This document shows, piece by piece, positions 10,225 through 20,376 of a DNA stretch of 64,000 nt (positions within the stretch are counted from its first letter, which is position 1; the number at the start of each line of letters is the position of its first letter). The position numbers and the translations under genes are program-made. Origin of the DNA: an uncultured Bacteroidales bacterium. Lineage in GTDB: Bacteria > Bacteroidota > Bacteroidia > Bacteroidales > UBA10428. The notes below the pieces were generated by a model. It saw only the letters and a list, made by a program, of their open reading frames with translations. It was not told the origin of the DNA and ran no database searches. The stretch is from NCBI GenBank assembly GCA_964406315.1, contig CAYORG010000002.1, positions 11,286-75,285 of the forward strand, in the 5' to 3' direction.

Positions 10225-11952
10225 TTAAGCCGTTACCCACTTAAGGACCTCTTCCTGTGAAGGATTTTTCAATCCCAATTTGTATTTTTTATTATATCCG
10301 CAAAGATCCTGATGAAGTTTGGTGTGTTTTTCAACTCTTTTTAATGAGTCAAGTGTTTTATAACCCAACTTTTTAAGCGGATCAACCCATTCTTCCGGTA
10401 TGCCTAATTCTAAAAACAGCTTTTTACTATCCGTTTTTTCTTTCTTTTCAGGTCTCATCTGAGGAAAGAACAGAACGTCCTGTATGCTCGACTGGTTCGT
10501 CATGATCATGGCCAATCTGTCAACACCAATTCCCATGCCTGAGGTTGGCGGCATTCCATATTCCAGAGCACGTATGAAATCATAATCGATATACATGGCT
10601 TCTTCATCTCCCTTTTCAGACAATTTGAGTTGTTCTTTGAATCGATCCAGTTGATCTATGGGATCATTCAGTTCAGAATAAGCATTGCATAGTTCTTGCC
10701 CGTTAACTATCAATTCAAACCGTTCGGTGAGGTCAGGATTGGATCGGTGTTTTTTGCATAACGGAGACATTTCGATCGGATAATCAATGACAAATGTCGG
10801 TTGACTCAAATGAATTTCAACTTTTTCGCTAAAAATTTCATCAATGATCTTTCCTTTGCCCATGGTATCATCCACTTCTATATTTAAATCCCTGCATACT
10901 TTCCTTAATTGCTCTCCATTCATGCCTGTAATATCTGCCCCTGCAAATTCCCTGATAGAATCTATCATGGTGATTCTTTTATAAGGTCTTTTAAAATCTA
11001 TTATTTTATCACCCAAAGGAAGTTTTGTTTTTCCATGGAGATCCAGTGCTACTTTCTCAATAATCTCTTCGGTGAAATCCATCATCCAGTTATAATCTTT
11101 GTATGCGACATAGATTTCCATAACTGTAAATTCAGGATTATGAGAACGATCCATTCCCTCATTTCTAAAGTCGCGTGAAAATTCATACACTCCATTGAAT
11201 CCTCCCACAATAAGCCGTTTCAAATACAATTCATTGGCTATTCTCAGATAAAGAGGAATGTCAAGGGTGTTATGATATGTCTTGAAAGGCTTTGCCGCTG
11301 CTCCGCCAGGAATAGCCTGTAAAACAGGCGTTTCAACCTCCAGATATCCTTTGGAATTAAACAATTCCCGCATGGAATCAATAATTCCTGTACGTTTTAA
11401 AAAAACATCACGTACCTCAGGATTTACCAGTAAGTCAACATATCTCTGTCTGTACCTGAAATCGGGATCAGTGACAGCATCATACACTTTTCCTTCTTTT
11501 TCCTTAACAACAGGCAAGGGTTTTAAAGATTTTGCAAGTACTGTCAATTCTTTTACATGAATGGATATTTCGCCCATCTGAGTAATAAAAACAAATCCTT
11601 TAACGCCAATAAAATCACCGATATCCAATAATTTCTTAAACACCGTATTATAATAGGTTGTATCTTCTCCCGGACAGAGATCATCGCGTGTTATGTACAA
11701 CTGAATTCTGCCTTTTTCATCCTGCAACTCTGCAAAAGAAGCTTTCCCCATAATTCGCTTGCTCATCAATCTGCCGGCAATTGAGATCTCCTGGTAATTC
11801 TTTTTTTTCTCATGAAAGTTTTCCTTGATTTCTTTGGTAGTGACATTCACCGGGAATTCAGAAGCAGGATACGGTTCAATGCCCAATTCCCGAAGTTCAT
11901 GTAGTGCTTGCCTTCTGTATTGTTCCTGTTCACTTAATTCAAACTGATTCAT
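10225..11952 (-). CDS. lysS: Lysine--tRNA ligase (class II) with a C-terminal extension
   Basis: OB-fold N-terminal region and class II motifs (FRNEGMDRSHNPEFTVMEIY, GMGIGVDRLAMIMT). 575 aa. Confidence 0.95.
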   Translation of the reverse strand: MNQFELSEQEQYRRQALHELRELGIEPYPASEFPVNVTTKEIKENFHEKKKNYQEISIAGRLMSKRIMGKASFAELQDEKGRIQLYITRDDLCPGEDTTYYNTVFKKLLDIGDFIGVKGFVFITQMGEISIHVKELTVLAKSLKPLPVVKEKEGKVYDAVTDPDFRYRQRYVDLLVNPEVRDVFLKRTGIIDSMRELFNSKGYLEVETPVLQAIPGGAAAKPFKTYHNTLDIPLYLRIANELYLKRLIVGGFNGVYEFSRDFRNEGMDRSHNPEFTVMEIYVAYKDYNWMMDFTEEIIEKVALDLHGKTKLPLGDKIIDFKRPYKRITMIDSIREFAGADITGMNGEQLRKVCRDLNIEVDDTMGKGKIIDEIFSEKVEIHLSQPTFVIDYPIEMSPLCKKHRSNPDLTERFELIVNGQELCNAYSELNDPIDQLDRFKEQLKLSEKGDEEAMYIDYDFIRALEYGMPPTSGMGIGVDRLAMIMTNQSSIQDVLFFPQMRPEKKEKTDSKKLFLELGIPEEWVDPLKKLGYKTLDSLKRVEKHTKLHQDLCGYNKKYKLGLKNPSQEEVLKWVTA

Positions 11953-11978
11953 TGAATTTTGCTCTATGTAAATTTTTG

Positions 11979-11986
11979 CAAAGATA
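11979..11986 (-). promoter_or_regulatory. Candidate Bacteroidota -7 promoter box (TATCTTTG) for lysS
   Basis: Matches TAnnTTTG on the minus strand, about 27 nt upstream of the lysS ATG. Confidence 0.35.
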
Positions 11987-12031
11987 AAAATTAACTTCAG
12001 AGGAAGGGGAAAGAAAATTATTCAAACTCAC

Positions 12032-12039
12032 TACCTTTG
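12032..12039 (+). promoter_or_regulatory. Candidate -7 promoter box (TACCTTTG) for lipA-lipB
   Basis: Matches TAnnTTTG 17 nt upstream of the lipA ATG. Confidence 0.35.
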
Positions 12040-12055
12040 TCCGAAAAGCAATTTC

Positions 12056-12922
12056 ATGCACATAAAACCTAAGGAAGAGAGAGTGCGGCTGCCACACTGG
12101 ATGAAGGTGCCAATGCCTCATGGGAGAGATTACTCAAAAATTAAAAACATCCTGCAAAAACAGAATTTGCATACGATTTGTGTAAGTGGAAATTGTCCGA
12201 ACAAAGGCGAATGCTGGAGTGCCGGTACAGCAACATTTATGATTTTGGGTGAAAAATGCACACGAAACTGTAAATTTTGTCAGGTACATACAATGAAACC
12301 AGAACTTCCCGACTGGGAAGAACCAGAGCGGCTGGCCGAAACAATAAAGTTACTGAAACTGAAACATGCCGTTATTACATCTGTTGCACGCGATGATCTT
12401 TCTGATGGTGGTGCTCAGTTCTGGGCAACTACTATCCGAACCATAAAAAACATCAATCCAAATGTTACAATGGAAGTGCTGATCCCCGATTTTCGACGTG
12501 GAGATCGTGCGCTGAACCTAGTAATTCATGAAAATCCCGAAGTGATATCCCACAATATTGAAACAGTAAAACGATTGACCCCTGTTGTTCGCTCAATAGC
12601 GCGGTATGAGCATAGCCTGGAATTATTGAACTATGTGGCAAACTCAGGCGTTATTGCCAAATCCGGAATTATGCTGGGTTTGGGAGAAAAGGAGGAAGAA
12701 GTAATGGAAGCCATGGATGATCTGCTGAAAGCCGGTGTTAAAGTTTTTACCATTGGCCAATATTTGCAACCATCCAAAGAACATTACCGGGTGAGAGAAT
12801 ACATAGAACCTGAAGTATTTAACCGACTTAAAATCAAGGGATTGGAGAAAGGATTTCACTATGTGGAAAGTGGTCCCCAGGTAAGATCCTCCTATCACGC
12901 GGAAAAACATATTAATGCCTGA
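12056..12922 (+). CDS. lipA: Lipoyl synthase (radical SAM)
   Basis: CVSGNCPNKGECW and CTRNCKFCQV cysteine clusters. 288 aa. Confidence 0.95.
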   Translation: MHIKPKEERVRLPHWMKVPMPHGRDYSKIKNILQKQNLHTICVSGNCPNKGECWSAGTATFMILGEKCTRNCKFCQVHTMKPELPDWEEPERLAETIKLLKLKHAVITSVARDDLSDGGAQFWATTIRTIKNINPNVTMEVLIPDFRRGDRALNLVIHENPEVISHNIETVKRLTPVVRSIARYEHSLELLNYVANSGVIAKSGIMLGLGEKEEEVMEAMDDLLKAGVKVFTIGQYLQPSKEHYRVREYIEPEVFNRLKIKGLEKGFHYVESGPQVRSSYHAEKHINA

Positions 12923-12928
12923 AACCGC

Positions 12929-13624
12929 ATGACATATGCCATAAAATTTTTAGATATCGGGCTTAAAGAATACAAAGAGGCCTGGGAATTCCAGGAAAAA
13001 ATTCATGTTCTGTTAAAAGAGAACCGGAACAAAGAAGTTATGACAAACGATGTTGGAAGTCTGATATTTTGTGAACATCCGCATGTATATACCCTGGGAA
13101 AAAGCGGGCAGTCAAATAATCTTCTTATCAATAATGATTTTTTAACTCGAATTGATGCAAGTTTTTACAAAAGTGACAGAGGGGGTGATATTACTTATCA
13201 TGGTCCTGGACAGATTGTTGGCTATCCCATTTTTGATCTGCTGAAAATGAGGCTGGGTGTTAAAGAGTATATTAACAGAATTGAAGAAGCAATTATTTTA
13301 TTACTGAAAGACTTTCATATAAATTCATCACGACGCCAGGGAGCTACCGGTGTTTGGCTCAATTCGGGTTTGCCGGACGAACGTAAAATTTGTGCTATAG
13401 GAGTTCGGGTTAGCAAAGCTGTTACAATGCATGGATTTGCATTGAATGTAAATACCGATCTGAAATATTTTGCACATATAAATCCCTGTGGATTTCAGAA
13501 TAAGGGAGTCACATCCATGCAGAAAGAACTTGGATTGGATCTTGATATCAACAAAGTAAAGAATATTCTGAAGCATAAGATGCAGGAAGTATTCGGTTTA
13601 CGATTTATAGAAGAGATTTCTTAA
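12929..13624 (+). CDS. lipB: Lipoyl(octanoyl) transferase
   Basis: CEHPHVYTLGKSG, RGGDITYHGPGQIVGYPI and KICAIGVRV motifs. It lies directly after lipA. Confidence 0.9.
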   Translation: MTYAIKFLDIGLKEYKEAWEFQEKIHVLLKENRNKEVMTNDVGSLIFCEHPHVYTLGKSGQSNNLLINNDFLTRIDASFYKSDRGGDITYHGPGQIVGYPIFDLLKMRLGVKEYINRIEEAIILLLKDFHINSSRRQGATGVWLNSGLPDERKICAIGVRVSKAVTMHGFALNVNTDLKYFAHINPCGFQNKGVTSMQKELGLDLDINKVKNILKHKMQEVFGLRFIEEIS

Positions 13625-13666
13625 GTCAATTCGCCACCAAAACAAAATTTAAGCTTCTTTTTTTAC

Positions 13667-13674
13667 TACATTTG
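13667..13674 (+). promoter_or_regulatory. Candidate -7 promoter box (TACATTTG) for recJ
   Basis: TAnnTTTG match upstream of recJ. Confidence 0.3.
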
Positions 13675-13738
13675 TTCCTGGCAAGAAATTCCTCTCATCT
13701 GATCATTCCATTGATCCAAAAGATTGGCAATACAACGT

Positions 13739-15454
13739 ATGAATAAGTACTGGAAAATAAAAGAAAAAGGATTACGCAGCGATATTGAAAAACTCGTATA
13801 TGATCTGAACATTAGTCAGGTATTGGCCAATTTGCTTGTGCAACGTGACATCAGTTCAATGGAAGCAGCCGAAGAATTTTTTCGACCGCAGCTTGAAAAC
13901 CTTTATGATCCTTTTTTAATGAAGGATATGGATATCGCCATCGATCGTCTTGTAGAAGCAATCAAAACCGGTGAACATATTCTTATTTACGGCGACTATG
14001 ATGTTGATGGAACTACTTCGGTTGCTCTTACCTATTCTTTTCTCCGGAACATTTACGAAAATATTGATTATTATATCCCCGACCGATATTCTGAAGGATA
14101 TGGAATTTCTACAAATGGTATTGATTACGCCTCTCAAAACAATATTACATTAATTATTGCTCTTGATTGCGGAATCAAAGCAGTAGAAAAAATTGATTAC
14201 GCAAAATCAAAGGGAATTGATTTTATCATCTGCGATCATCATACTCCCGGAGATAAACTTCCTGAAGCTCAAGCCGTCTTAGACCCGAAACGATTTGATT
14301 GCCCCTACCCATTCAAAGAATTGTCGGGCTGTGGTGTAGGTTTTAAATTGTTACAGGCATTTTCAATTCGTCATAATCTGCCTTTCGAAAACCTGATAAA
14401 TTATATTGATCTTGTAGCCGTAAGCATTGCATCAGATATTGTATTAATCACGGGAGAGAACAGAATTCTAACGTATTACGGATTAAAAAAACTCGAAGAA
14501 AATCCATGCATTGGATTAAAAGCAATAAAGTGTGTTGCAGGAATTGATGACAGACCTGTTACCGTTGAAGATATTGTATTTCGCATTGGTCCCAGAATAA
14601 ATGCCGCAGGAAGGATGGAATCTGGTAAACAGGCAGTTGACTTGCTGATCTCTGATAATCCGGAAGAAGCATTTGTCCTTTGCGAGAAAATAAACACCCA
14701 CAATCAGACAAGAAGAAATATTGACAAAAATATAACAGAGGAAGCAATTAAAGAACTAAAAAAATTCAGCAAACAATTTGAATATTCAAATGTACTTTAC
14801 AATCCCGAATGGCATAAAGGAGTTGTTGGTATTGTTGCTTCACGACTTATTGAAAGTTATTATAAGCCCACTATTATACTTACTGAATCAAATGGATTTG
14901 CCACCGGATCGGCAAGAAGTGTTGATGGTTTTGATTTGTATGAAGCAATCAACGAATGCAGCGATCTTCTTGAAAGTTTCGGAGGTCATATGTATGCAGC
15001 AGGCTTAACATTGAAAAAGGAAAATGTTCAGAAATTACGCGAAAGATTCGATGAAGTCGTTCGTGATCGAATCACACCTGAGCAACTTGTACCCCAGATC
15101 GATATTGATGCAGAACTTAATTTTTATGATATAACTCCCAAGTTTTATCGAATTCTTAAACAATTTGAACCCTTTGGCCCCGGCAATATGAACCCTGTAT
15201 TCTTTGCAGAAAACGTGGCCGACAATGGTCAGGGCAGACGCGTAGGAGCCGGTGGTGATCATTTGAAACTGAACCTGATCCAGGAAGAAAATCCTTTTGA
15301 TGATATTCCTGCCATAGCTTTTGGTCAGGGCAATAAGTTCAAAAGGATCACCGGAGGAAACACGTTTGATATCGCCTATACAATCACTGAAAATCATTTC
15401 AGAGGGGAAACCACAATTCAACTGAATATTAAGGACATCAAAACTGATGGTTGA
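13739..15454 (+). CDS. recJ: Single-stranded-DNA-specific exonuclease RecJ
   Basis: DHH motifs (IYGDYDVDGTTS, DCG, ICDHH) and a DHHA1 region (GGHMYAAG). The ORF track begins at a TTG at 13724. The ATG at 13739 (MNKYWKIKE) looks a more likely start. Confidence 0.9.
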   Translation: MNKYWKIKEKGLRSDIEKLVYDLNISQVLANLLVQRDISSMEAAEEFFRPQLENLYDPFLMKDMDIAIDRLVEAIKTGEHILIYGDYDVDGTTSVALTYSFLRNIYENIDYYIPDRYSEGYGISTNGIDYASQNNITLIIALDCGIKAVEKIDYAKSKGIDFIICDHHTPGDKLPEAQAVLDPKRFDCPYPFKELSGCGVGFKLLQAFSIRHNLPFENLINYIDLVAVSIASDIVLITGENRILTYYGLKKLEENPCIGLKAIKCVAGIDDRPVTVEDIVFRIGPRINAAGRMESGKQAVDLLISDNPEEAFVLCEKINTHNQTRRNIDKNITEEAIKELKKFSKQFEYSNVLYNPEWHKGVVGIVASRLIESYYKPTIILTESNGFATGSARSVDGFDLYEAINECSDLLESFGGHMYAAGLTLKKENVQKLRERFDEVVRDRITPEQLVPQIDIDAELNFYDITPKFYRILKQFEPFGPGNMNPVFFAENVADNGQGRRVGAGGDHLKLNLIQEENPFDDIPAIAFGQGNKFKRITGGNTFDIAYTITENHFRGETTIQLNIKDIKTDG

Positions 15455-15469
15455 AAGTGAAGGATGAGA

Positions 15470-15952
15470 TCAGGGAGAATTTCCCGTTGCACCAGATTCT
15501 TTCCGCAACCGGGCAACAATTATTTTCATTTCTTTTCTGCTTAGCCTTTTCCTTTTATCACTATCTAAAAAATCATTGCAATTGTTCTTAATTTTCGGAT
15601 ACCAGTCACCCGGATTTTGAAAATCTCCCTGAAACCGAAGCACAATATGCATGTGTAAATGCGGTATGGTTTGCCCTGCTGCTTCATTTTCCTGCAATGA
15701 CCAGTCAAATGCATCGGCATGAAAGGTTTTTAGCAACAGTATGGTTATTTTTCGCGAAAATACAGCCATCTCAGCCAATTCATTATCCGTAAGTTTGAGT
15801 ACCGAATCAAGATGCTGCTTCGGAATAATAAGAGAATGCCCGGGAAGAATTGGTGCCAGATTATAAATAGCCAGAAAATTCTGCGATTCTGCAAAGACTG
15901 CTTCTGATATCATATGATCACAAAACGGGCATTTCATGCATTGAATATACAA
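15470..15952 (-). CDS. HIT (histidine triad) family protein
   Basis: HLHMHIV histidine triad and an N-terminal CPFC. The start may be the internal MKCPFC. Confidence 0.85.
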   Translation of the reverse strand: MYIQCMKCPFCDHMISEAVFAESQNFLAIYNLAPILPGHSLIIPKQHLDSVLKLTDNELAEMAVFSRKITILLLKTFHADAFDWSLQENEAAGQTIPHLHMHIVLRFQGDFQNPGDWYPKIKNNCNDFLDSDKRKRLSRKEMKIIVARLRKESGATGNSP

Positions 15953-16146
15953 AATAGAAGCTATAATTTCCCTGTTTCAAATGAATAAATGAGGATGAAC
16001 ACAGGTATTTAATAGAATCTGTGATCCGTCACTTTCCGTTGCATATTCCTGTTGCCCTGAATTTTTTCCCAAAACAGATACGAACGCTTAAGTTACTGAT
16101 TGGTGATTAACTTAAGTTCAAACTATCGAACTTACATTAAATATTC

Positions 16147-18225
16147 TCAAAATCTCACTATTGCCTGTGCCTTAATTTCAGTCTTATGACTTTTATTAAT
16201 CGTATTTAACCCACTTCCAACTTCATTTTTGCCCGGATAATACGATTGCGAAATACGAAGCCAGAATGTCAGAAATTCAGAGGCCTCCCATTTGGCCATT
16301 GCTATAAATCTCCAGCCTTTACCATAATTCATATAAGAAGTGTATGCATACAATACGTCCCGTTCATAAGAATATATTCTCGCGTCATATTCCTGCACAT
16401 TGAAATAGGCAATTCGTATTGAAAATTCCACAGGAAGAGTTTTCAGACAATAGATAAGATCCTGAGAACACAACAGTCCGTAATTGGTTTTCTCATGATC
16501 AAATGATGCTCTTGATAGTTCCATCCGGTTTTGAAATCTCAGGTTATCCCCTGCAAGGTAAGATGCATTGAATCTGTAATTTTCCAAAGACAAATTCCTG
16601 ATATCCGTAAGTTTTTCATAATTGGAAAAGTTTTCTTGTTTCTCTTCCCGTTTGTATCGGAAATACATATCAGCTCTCTTTATTTTCCTGCTGATTTCAA
16701 TAAAAACATCATACCCTTCAGAGGGAATATTGACCTGATATTTTAACCAGGGAAAGGAAAAAACATCTCCATAAATCCTGAGACCAAATTTGGCCAGTTG
16801 AAATTCAGTTCCCAGAAAAAGTCCATTTTCATTTGAAATAGTTGAATTCTCACCAAATGCACTTGCATAACAGGAATAATATCCTTCCTGGTAATATCTA
16901 TGCAATATAGCCAGCTGAATTTCAGGCCTCAGGATAAAAAACATTCCGTTTAAAGATGCAACAGAATGATTCGAATACGCTGTTTCTCCGAATAGCTGAA
17001 TTCTGCCGGCAAGGTATTTATAATCCATCGATATTCCGGGTAATTCCCTTCCGGAAAAAGAATTCGTTTTGTACAAATACTCACTTTTTAACAAGGTTTT
17101 ATCCATTCGCATGAAGTAACCGTTCAATCCCATCTTAAACCGATTGCCATTGTATTGGAAACTTGAACCGACAGTGGTTTGCTTTGCTGTTTTTTCCTTC
17201 CGAAGATCTGAGGGAGTTCTGTGATACCCTGTTTCAACAACACCAGTAATACTATTGACTTCTGAAATTGAATCCGAAAGATTTGCGTCAATCCGCTTTT
17301 GTGAATAAAACCCATTCCATGTGAACCTCCCCGTTCCGAGAGTCATTGAAATTCCTCTTAAAAAATTGTTTTCATCAACTGACATATTTCCTTTTGTATC
17401 TGATGCCCTGCGCACAATACCGGAACTATAACCGGATTTGCCAAACGAATACCCATTCCATAGCAATACACCCTGTCCCCAATGAACAAGATAATCTCCA
17501 ACTGTTATGTTTTTCAATGGTCCGATTTCATTGCCGTAAGATACATAAGCCGAATAAAAATCAAATCCCCCGGGATTGCTCCCTTTGAAAAACTCCTCTC
17601 CTGCATCTTTTTCCATAATCAAGCAGGTTTTGAAGAAATAGCCATAGGTTCCGCTATATCTAAAATATACCTTGTCCGGAGAGCCAAGATATCTGGACCT
17701 ATCAGGATCTTTGAACAGGATTGAATCAGGAATTCTTTCAAATCCTTTTTGACTTTCAATTACCCGCTGGTATCTGGCAATAAATTGGTGTTTTGAATTT
17801 CTGAGCATTTTTTTCTCAATCCGAACCTTTTCATCCGGTTGATCAAAGATCACAAATGATTGCAACAGATCTGTGTCCTGCTGACGAATGCCAGGAAGAT
17901 ATAACAATTCGCTAATAGAATATATTATCCCGGTTTTCTCCCTGTAATCCAAGATTATGGCTATCTGAAAATCATTTAAGAATATCAGATCGGATAACTC
18001 TTCTGCAGTAGCAGAGTTTATGTTTATGGGATGATTCAAATAGTAACCAAGTTGATGAAACAGGGATGTTAAATCCAATTCCGTATCGGAATTGCCGGCT
18101 ATGGTCTCAACAATATCTTCGAGATACTTCTGCTGCGAACTGTTTAACTCCTGTGCGTAGTTATTGTATACAATGTATATAAAGAAAGTTATCAGAACAA
18201 GTGTATGTATTCTTTTCCCTTTCAT
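16147..18225 (-). CDS. Helix-hairpin-helix (ComEA-like) domain fused to a large predicted outer membrane beta-barrel
   Basis: Signal peptide, an HhH segment (ININSATAEELSDL...ELLYLPGIRQ), then ~560 aa of alternating beta-like sequence ending in ...AQAIVRF (aromatic terminal residue). Confidence 0.7.
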   Translation of the reverse strand: MKGKRIHTLVLITFFIYIVYNNYAQELNSSQQKYLEDIVETIAGNSDTELDLTSLFHQLGYYLNHPININSATAEELSDLIFLNDFQIAIILDYREKTGIIYSISELLYLPGIRQQDTDLLQSFVIFDQPDEKVRIEKKMLRNSKHQFIARYQRVIESQKGFERIPDSILFKDPDRSRYLGSPDKVYFRYSGTYGYFFKTCLIMEKDAGEEFFKGSNPGGFDFYSAYVSYGNEIGPLKNITVGDYLVHWGQGVLLWNGYSFGKSGYSSGIVRRASDTKGNMSVDENNFLRGISMTLGTGRFTWNGFYSQKRIDANLSDSISEVNSITGVVETGYHRTPSDLRKEKTAKQTTVGSSFQYNGNRFKMGLNGYFMRMDKTLLKSEYLYKTNSFSGRELPGISMDYKYLAGRIQLFGETAYSNHSVASLNGMFFILRPEIQLAILHRYYQEGYYSCYASAFGENSTISNENGLFLGTEFQLAKFGLRIYGDVFSFPWLKYQVNIPSEGYDVFIEISRKIKRADMYFRYKREEKQENFSNYEKLTDIRNLSLENYRFNASYLAGDNLRFQNRMELSRASFDHEKTNYGLLCSQDLIYCLKTLPVEFSIRIAYFNVQEYDARIYSYERDVLYAYTSYMNYGKGWRFIAMAKWEASEFLTFWLRISQSYYPGKNEVGSGLNTINKSHKTEIKAQAIVRF

Positions 18226-18226
18226 C

Positions 18227-19045
18227 TTACTTTATCTTATAACACATTGTACATGCCGAAGACAAACCCAATACAGCGTGGTATTCAAATCCCAGGTCAA
18301 TAGTAAATTTTCGAAAAATAAATCCTGGCCCGAAAGAATAGGATATTGCAGTAGGATATTTCAGGCCGGCACGAACAATCAAATAGTGGGTAATATAATA
18401 TTCAGCTCCCATGGAACAGGAAAAAGTGTTAAAATCGTTCCAATTGGTTTGTATTGCAAGCAAATAGTTTTGCTCCTCCGAATATGAGATTCCCAGATGC
18501 AAACCTGATGACAATTCTTCGCCTTCAAACCTTCCATAAGCCGATCCTGTAGGATTCTTCACATCTAATCCAATCCTCAAACCTTCCACCGGTATGGCAA
18601 TTATACCTATTCGGCCGGTAATGGCTGATGCTCTTTCGCTGGATGTTTCTATGGCCTGCACATGATATGCAATATGAACACCCATAGAAAGCCAGTTTGC
18701 CAGTAGTTTTCCATACGCCAGACAGAATTGACTCTCGTTATAAAGCTCACCTCCATAATAACTAAACATGGGACTAATGACCCCATAGTCAGTCGGTATT
18801 GTTGATACAATAGCCTTAGTACTTAATTCCGATACAAAGAACCGGTTGTTATGATTTATCCCTACATCAAAAGATGAATACATACCCAGTCCTGCAGGAT
18901 TGCTGATTCCCGACCATGTGTCAGAACATGTTACGTTGGAACCTGAAAGACTTAATTTTCTGGCATGAAACAAATTAATATCCTGCGGATAAGCAGAAAT
19001 GGCATGAATCAAAAAGTGAAAAAATAAAATATATCTGAATTGCAT
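18227..19045 (-). CDS. Hypothetical outer membrane beta-barrel protein, possibly PorV/PorQ/FadL-like
   Basis: Signal-like N-terminus, an NPAGLG motif early in the mature part, and alternating aromatic/glycine beta-strand pattern. It abuts the downstream HhH gene. Confidence 0.45.
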   Translation of the reverse strand: MQFRYILFFHFLIHAISAYPQDINLFHARKLSLSGSNVTCSDTWSGISNPAGLGMYSSFDVGINHNNRFFVSELSTKAIVSTIPTDYGVISPMFSYYGGELYNESQFCLAYGKLLANWLSMGVHIAYHVQAIETSSERASAITGRIGIIAIPVEGLRIGLDVKNPTGSAYGRFEGEELSSGLHLGISYSEEQNYLLAIQTNWNDFNTFSCSMGAEYYITHYLIVRAGLKYPTAISYSFGPGFIFRKFTIDLGFEYHAVLGLSSACTMCYKIK

Positions 19046-19202
19046 GGAACAACAAAATTGCCTTATTACGCAGAAACGAATTTGTTGGCAAGAAACAAAA
19101 AGGTTTTTTAAATATCAAGAAAAAAACAGAATTCGTGGATCCGGGAGGAAAAAAAGTTCAATGCATCCAGATGTTTTTATTGAGTTTCAGATTGCATTAC
19201 GG

Positions 19203-19709
19203 TCAATTCGTTTTATACTTATATTTCACCTCTTTGATGTCTTCATTGGCCTTAACAATTTTCTTTTTCAACCCTTCCTTAAACTCATTCAGACGTTGTG
19301 CAAGCACTTTGTCGGCAGTAGCGATGATCTGGGCAGCAAGAATTGCCGCATTTTGAGCTCCGTTAATTCCGACAGTTGCCACAGGTATGCCCGGAGGCAT
19401 CTGAACAATGGCCAACAGTGCATCCAGTCCGTCCAGACTAACATTTATCGGTACGCCAATTACCGGTATCTTCGTCAGGGAAGCAATTACTCCGGGTAAA
19501 TGAGCTGCCATACCGGCAGCTGCAATAATCACAAGAATGCCCCTTCCTTCGGCATTTTCAGCAAATTTCTCCACTTCTTCAGGAGTCCGGTGAGCAGAAA
19601 GCGCATTGATCTCAAAAGGGATTTTCATGTCATTCAGAAAATCGGCTGCTTTTTTCATAACCGGCAGATCGGATGTACTGCCCAGAATTATACTGACTTG
19701 TGGATCCAT
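19203..19709 (-). CDS. purE: 5-(carboxyamino)imidazole ribonucleotide mutase
   Basis: IILGSTSDLPVMKKA, SAHRTPE and AAAGMAAHLPGV motifs. Confidence 0.95.
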   Translation of the reverse strand: MDPQVSIILGSTSDLPVMKKAADFLNDMKIPFEINALSAHRTPEEVEKFAENAEGRGILVIIAAAGMAAHLPGVIASLTKIPVIGVPINVSLDGLDALLAIVQMPPGIPVATVGINGAQNAAILAAQIIATADKVLAQRLNEFKEGLKKKIVKANEDIKEVKYKYKTN

Positions 19710-19812
19710 AGCAATCGCATTTTGCTTTTATAATAAATTATTCTATTTGAAAGTCCTGCCGGTTAATCACTCTATTTTCTTAATTTCGCAGGATGTTTCA
19801 TTGGCAAATATA

Positions 19813-20349
19813 ATGGAAACCGTAACAATACACGATAAGAAATTCTCTCAAAGCATAAGTGCAAAAAAAATCAGGACAGCCATTCTTCAGATGGCTGTGA
19901 GAATCAACAAAGATCTAGTCTCAAAAAATGTTGTGTTTGTTGGCATTCTGAATGGATCATTTTTATTTGCCGCTGATTTGCTAAGATTAATTCATTTTAA
20001 CTGTCGTATTACTTTTGTCAAAACTTCCTCATACAGCGGTACTGATAATACAGGGAATGTAACTCACCTGATCGGATTGAACGAAGTAATAAAAGACAAA
20101 ACAATTGTATTGATCGAAGATATAGTAGATTCAGGGAACACACTTGATTCAGTAATTAAGGATCTTGAAAAGCATAAACCCGCTGAAATAAAAATAGCCA
20201 CCTTAGTATTTAAGCCTGATGCATACGAGTACAACAGAAAAATCGATTATATTGGATTTCGTATTCCCAATGCCTTTGTTATAGGTTACGGACTTGATTA
20301 TGACGGATTTGGCAGAAATCTCGAAAACATCTATACTGAAATACAATAA
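19813..20349 (+). CDS. hpt: Hypoxanthine phosphoribosyltransferase
   Basis: PRPP-binding motif VLIEDIVDSGNT. The ORF-track start at 19606 overlaps purE, and the ATG at 19813 (METVTIHDKKF) gives the canonical length. Confidence 0.9.
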   Translation: METVTIHDKKFSQSISAKKIRTAILQMAVRINKDLVSKNVVFVGILNGSFLFAADLLRLIHFNCRITFVKTSSYSGTDNTGNVTHLIGLNEVIKDKTIVLIEDIVDSGNTLDSVIKDLEKHKPAEIKIATLVFKPDAYEYNRKIDYIGFRIPNAFVIGYGLDYDGFGRNLENIYTEIQ

Positions 20350-20376
20350 ATTTTAATCTCTAAATATAAATTTACT

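Noticed and set aside
19044-19499. 151-aa and 73-aa plus-strand ORFs
   Set aside because: They are antisense to purE, which has unmistakable PurE motifs.
19606-19812. 69-codon N-terminal extension of the hpt ORF
   Set aside because: It overlaps purE on the opposite strand and adds non-homologous hydrophobic sequence. The ATG at 19813 gives a canonical HPRT.
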